Source: Octopus bimaculoides
Taxonomy: Eukaryota
Length of the DNA stretch: 56,060 nucleotides
Reading direction: 5' to 3'
NCBI RefSeq assembly: GCF_001194135.2
Contig: NC_068987.1
Span: forward strand, 53,531,211 to 53,587,270
The notes under the pieces were generated by a model. It did not search any database. It had not been told where the DNA came from and was given only the letters and a program-made list of their open reading frames with translations. Both the position numbers and the translations under genes were made by a program. Of the stretch, positions 51,189 to 56,060 are shown piece after piece. Positions within the stretch are counted from its first letter, which is position 1. The number at the start of each line of letters is the position of its first letter.

Positions 51189-51385
51189 ATAATCCTTTCT
51201 ACAACAGGTACAAGGCCTGAAATTTGGGGGGAAGGGAGAACGTCGATTACATCGATACCAATACTTGACTGGTACTTAATTTATCGACCTCGGAAGTATG
51301 AAATGTAAAGTTGGCCCGCAGCGGAATTTGAACTCAGAACGTAAAAGTGGATGAAATACCGCGATGTATTTTGCCTGGAGTGCAT
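51189..51385 (-). mobile_element. tRNA-derived SINE
   Basis: aatcctttctac..caaggcctgaaatttgggggg..gtcgattacatcga..gcggaatttgaactcagaacgtaaa. Confidence 0.85.
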
Positions 51386-51387
51386 GA

Positions 51388-51640
51388 TAAATCCTAGAGA
51401 CACCACACTGATTGATGAGCTCTTTCAACTCCCTCCTCTCCCTGAGCTAAACGCGGAACCTTCCCTCGTGGAAATCTGTACAGCTCTCTCCTACTTAAAA
51501 AAAAAACAGGAAATCACGTGGATCAGATGGTGGTCCTGCTCTTGTCCAGCGTCTTCATCAAATTATCCTCTACTGTTGGAAAAATGTCTTGATCCCTCAA
51601 CGCTGGAAACACGCAGACATAATCACCATCTTCAAGAGGT
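51388..51640 (+). pseudogene. RTE-clade LINE ORF fragment (RT N-terminal region)
   Basis: LPELNAEPSLVEICTALSYLK.RKS.GSDG(deletion)GPALVQRLHQII..CW....IPQRWKHADIITIFK across a frameshift. Confidence 0.85.
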
Positions 51641-51699
51641 ATAGCTAATATCATTTATCGGGCTGTGGCTTTTCTGAAACACCAGTAAATGTTTAGTTA

Positions 51700-51835
51700 A
51701 TCAAATCATCCACCATACATATTTCAATTTATTCTTATTTCTTTATTTTCGTCAGTTCTTTTTGTTGAACCTCTAAGGTTGTGATAACGTAAACAAATCG
51801 AAACCTGTTGTCGAGCGGTGAGGGGCAAACACAAT
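51700..51835 (-). mobile_element. Decayed SINE 3' module
   Basis: ttgttgaacctctaaggtt..aacgtaaacaa..gttgtcgagcggtgaggggcaaacac parallels 6140-6210. Confidence 0.55.
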
Positions 51836-52679
51836 GAAACGATGAAACGTCCATTGAAACGATTATAAACTCTCACAGCATTGGTGTTATTGAAGTTATA
51901 TTAGTATTGTCTAAAATTTAGTTAGGTGACTTATACTTTTTGATAATTGGAGGTGACATATAATTTCTGATCACTGATATGACTTGGCATACAGCGGTTC
52001 TGTTCACCCCGTGCGGTTGAAAATAAATATCAGTGTTTTACGACAAACTTGCCATATTCAGAGGTAAATCTTCTTATCTACTTACAATCAAGGCTTAAAA
52101 ATTCATCATTTCATTTACTTACAATTTACTGGAAACGGTATTAAAAGATAGTTCTACGAAATATTCACTTCTAAACAAAGAAAAGAATTAGCATATCTAC
52201 TTGTCACCCCTTTGTCATTTTCCCACATCAAGTCAAGGTTAGATTCTACAAAATGTTACTTATTGGTGTTATTTTTATTATTTTTTTTGTTTGTTTCGTA
52301 ATAGAATGGAAGATTGCAACTAGCCGATTCAATAGGATGTCTGTGTACTGCTAAAATGTTCGTTTCATGTTATTGGTTCAGTCTACATAGCTACTAGTTA
52401 CAACTCACACTATAATCTGCAAAAGTACTAAATATCTTAAATACAATTTTCTTCAAATCTTGAGTCTGTTACCATGTAACAAAATAATATTTATGATAAA
52501 ACTGCTAATTCTGTGATAATATTTTTAAAAATTCACCGACATTAAAGATGGCGATTTGAAGACGACGGAAAGCCAATGACCTTTCTCGAGCTTTTCGAAA
52601 TTAGGAGGGGAAGAGAATGACTTATCGTGACAATCAAAAGAGCCAGTGTGCTTGTACAGATTCGGCAAAAGACACTTAC

Positions 52680-52785
52680 GACTATGTACGGATATTAAAT
52701 AGAAGGAGGTAGGAAAATCTGGATGTAGAGCGCACAATGTCCCTCCAACAAGCATCCAGAAGAAAATTATTTTATCAGTCACAAA
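52680..52785 (-). other. Candidate coding exon (FVTDKIIFFWMLVGGTLCALHPDFPTSFYLISVHS)
   Basis: Acceptor aaatattttcttag, donor C|gtaagt, 106 nt, only one open frame. Confidence 0.3.
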
Positions 52786-52869
52786 CTAAGAAAATATTTG
52801 CTGAAATATCGGTTGCACAGAAATTTTGAGAGAAATGTTTTTGTTAGTGTTGTGTGCTGATGTCATATT

Positions 52870-53873
52870 ATGTATTTCATTTTTAGATGCATGACTTTCG
52901 TTAAACAGTTATTTCTTGATACACAATATAACAAAGGAATCTGCAAAACAACGTATTTCTTGTGATTTCTATTGTACCGGTGGAAACAGAATCTTGAACA
53001 TGAAGCAAGGACTAAACATCCTCCAAATACCACGACCGAGGAAAGTATTGATCGTGTTCACCCTGTAGTGATGGATGACAGGTGATTATATATCAATCAA
53101 ATAGTCAATATTATTAGCATTTCCCGTGAAAGAATTCAGAATATTATGTAGAATGGACTTGGTATGATGAAGGTTCCTGCTCCTAAGGCCCACGTTTTCT
53201 AACATCTGATCAAAAGCGCACCAGGTCGATAACTTCACAGGAAAATTTGACACTGTTTGAGGTACATCCAGCAGGTTCATTTGAAAGTTTTCTAACCCTG
53301 GATGAGTATTGAATTGATCACTTTGAGCCAGAGATGAAGAGAGAATCCATACAATGGAAGCAACCCTCTTCACCTGCCACAAACAAGGTCAAGCTCGTTT
53401 CATCAGCAGGAGAGTTTATGGCCTCAGATTTTAAGGATGCAAAATGCTTTGTGTTTACTGACTATATTCAAAAGGGCAGCACCACCTGTAGAGAGTTTAA
53501 TACCAACTTGCTGAGGTAATCATGAAAGTCTATCGAATCCAAACGCCTAGGAAAACTGACGAAACGGGTTTTGTATCATGAAGTCAATGCTCCAGCTCAG
53601 AAGTCCTTAGTTTCAATGGCTACTATACGTGAGAGTTGATCATCCTCCCTATTCCTCTGATTTGGCTTCAATCTATCGCCTGTTCCCCAACTTGGCTGGG
53701 AACCAGTGTCACGGTGATGACATCATATCTGTTGCTAATAACTGTTAATAACAGGCTGAGAGAATTAATAATAATGGAATCCAAGCGCTGCAATGCCATT
53801 GAAGGAAGTTTGTGAGCGATAAGGTGGATTGCCAGTATTTTAGTCAGTCTCTGAACTTTTCGGCTAGCCATCA
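52870..53873 (+). mobile_element. mariner element (irritans-like), decayed transposase
   Basis: EESIDRVH..VMDDR; P.FLTSDQKR; TLDE...HFEPE.KRES.QW; SAG.FMAS.F.D; H..NAPA; HPPYSSDLA; right TIR aacttttcggctagccatca-TA. Confidence 0.85.
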
Positions 53874-54058
53874 TAGATCTCGAAATCGATCGACAAATAG
53901 ATCAGTAATAAAAAAAATGGAGGTGAGTGACTTGGGAAAAGACTTCGCAAAACCTAGGAAGGTGTGTAGTACCGCTTTTGTATATATGTATGTGTATATA
54001 TGTATGTATGTATATATGTGCGTGTGTGTATGTATACACTACATTTATATATATATGC

Positions 54059-54101
<43 letters not shown>

Positions 54102-54610
54102 NNNNNNNNNNNNNNNNNNNNNNNNNNNNNNNNNNNNNNNNNNNNNNNNNNNNNNNNNNNNNNNNNNNNNNNNNNNNNNNNNNNNNNNNNNNNNNNNNNN
54201 NNNNNNNNNNNNNNNNNNNNNNNNNNNNNNNNNNNNNNNNNNNNNNNNNNNNNNNNNNNNNNNNNNNNNNNNNNNNNNNNNNNNNNNNNNNNNNNNNNNN
54301 NNNNNNNNNNNNNNNNNNNNNNNNNNNNNNNNNNNNNNNNNNNNNNNNNNNNNNNNNNNNNNNNNNNNNNNNNNNNNNNNNNNNNNNNNNNNNNNNNNNN
54401 NNNNNNNNNNNNNNNNNNNNNNNNNNNNNNNNNNNNNNNNNNNNNNNNNNNNNNNNNNNNNNNNNNNNNNNNNNNNNNNNNNNNNNNNNNNNNNNNNNNN
54501 NNNNNNNNNNNNNNNNNNNNNNNNNNNNNNNNNNNNNNNNNNNNNNNNNNNNNNNNNNNNNNNNNNNNNNNNNNNNNNNNNNNNNNNNNNNNNNNNNNNN
54601 NNNNNNNNNN

Positions 54611-54661
<51 letters not shown>

Positions 54662-55034
54662 GAGATAGAGAGAGTGAGAGAATGAGAGAGAGATAGCCAG
54701 ATAGGTAGATGCATCTATAGATAATGAGAGAGATATACATATAGGTGTATGCTCATATGTATGTATAAATCTATATATTTCCATAAACATGCGTGTCTGC
54801 GCGTGTGTGTGATTGTGTGTGTGTGTGATTGTGTGTGTGTGTGTGTGTATGTGTGTGTGTGAGTGAGTGTAACTACGTGCACATAAACACACAGACATAT
54901 ATACCACTAGATAGACAGACAGATAGATATAAATACGTTTTTTATATGTATACATATATATACATCCTCCCACACTTCCACACATATATTCCAATACATA
55001 TACACGCATGTACAGATATACACTCATTGATTTA

Positions 55035-55182
55035 GCGGTAAAAACCTTGCTTCCCAACCACATGGTTTTGGGTTCAGTCCCACTGCGTAGCATCTTGGCC
55101 AGAGTCTTCTACTATACCCTCGGATCTACGAAAGCCTTGAGAGTGCATTTGGTTGACGGAAACTGAAATAAGCCCGTCATAT

Positions 55183-55185
<3 letters not shown>
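55035..55185 (+). mobile_element. tRNA-derived SINE 5' half
   Basis: gcggtaaaaaccttgcttcccaaccacatgg..gggttcagtcccactgc..gacggaaactgaaa. Confidence 0.85.
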
Positions 55186-55265
<80 letters not shown>

Positions 55266-55489
55266 NNNNNNNNNNACTGAAATAAGCCCGTCATATATAC
55301 ATACATACATATATATATATATGCATACGTATACATTATATCCTCCCACACTCCCACATATTCCAATAGTGGTTTCAAAGATAAATTAATGCATAATACC
55401 TCTAATAGTAATCGAAATATTAATAATAGGTCTAGAGGCATCAAAGATAAAGTAGTACATAATCACTCTAGTGTTGATCAGGATAATAA

Positions 55490-55960
55490 GAAACCTAAAT
55501 ATAGGTTTATTTGGTTGACCTCTTCTTCCCCTTTCCATTAATATAAAAACTAATATTGGTAAAATATTCCTGTATCTCCTAGACAGAACATTTCCAGCCA
55601 CTCACTGATACAGGAAAATACTTAACAGGTGCACTGTGAAATTATCAGATAGGTACTGCCCCAATACGAAGAGTATCATTACACGTGGTCAATACCAAGA
55701 GCCTGAATCCAGTTTCAACTGTCGTGATTCAGATTCCTATCCACTTCATCAACGATGTGACTAAATCTATTATATATGAAGCAGACGTTATCGCAACCCT
55801 AAATAATGATACAGCTGACAAGAAGGCCTATATTGGATTATGTGAAGGTGAATTCAAATATTGCTATGCCAGTCACATACTTTCCCTCCGACATAGAAAC
55901 AAGTGTAAAGCTACTAAGTTGGCTAGCTGCATACGGATTTCGAATGATAATGAAACACTA
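55490..55960 (+). pseudogene. PLE linker plus GIY-YIG remnant (Naiad-like)
   Basis: FIW....PFSINIKTNIGKIFL.LLDR.FP; RKILNR.TVK; CPN.KSII; NCR..S.PL...C; SIIYEADV..AYIGLCEGEFK..Y..H. Confidence 0.85.
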
Positions 55961-56060
55961 GTTTTGACTTTAAGAGTCCCTCATAGCGTGAGGCATTTAT
56001 GTGTATCGATACCTTTAATATAAATAAATACACATATACATGCATATATATATATATATA

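Noticed and set aside
55145-55325. Duplicated actgaaataagcccgtcatatatacatac on both sides of a 10-N gap
   Set aside because: Most likely a contig-overlap assembly artefact
1236-55444. Numerous long ORFs in the track made of X runs and YI/HT/CV repeats
   Set aside because: They are artefacts of N-gaps and TA/CA/TG microsatellites, not coding

Overview
AT-rich, microsatellite-dense eukaryotic DNA with many N-gaps that almost all abut (TA)n or similar simple repeats. The SINE families look like those of Octopus (inference from recall, not a database hit). No host gene can be identified with certainty; a few exon-like islands are flagged at low confidence. The window is mostly decayed mobile DNA: tRNA-derived SINEs, five mariner remnants, a Tc1 element with both TIRs, a maT/DD37D end, a Tigger MITE, several fold-back/MITE inverted repeats, a probable non-autonomous Helitron, an RTE-LINE fragment and at least four lineages of Penelope-like elements (PLEs, GIY-YIG endonuclease). 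The most interesting signal is the PLE pseudo-LTR at 18.78-19.07 kb. It combines a tRNA-like head, an (AAT)n tract and an intact minimal type-I hammerhead ribozyme with a palindromic stem III. The same pLTR appears in two TSD-flanked inverted insertions, one reduced to a 149-bp hairpin. Two other PLE pLTR families carry non-canonical hammerhead-like folds.
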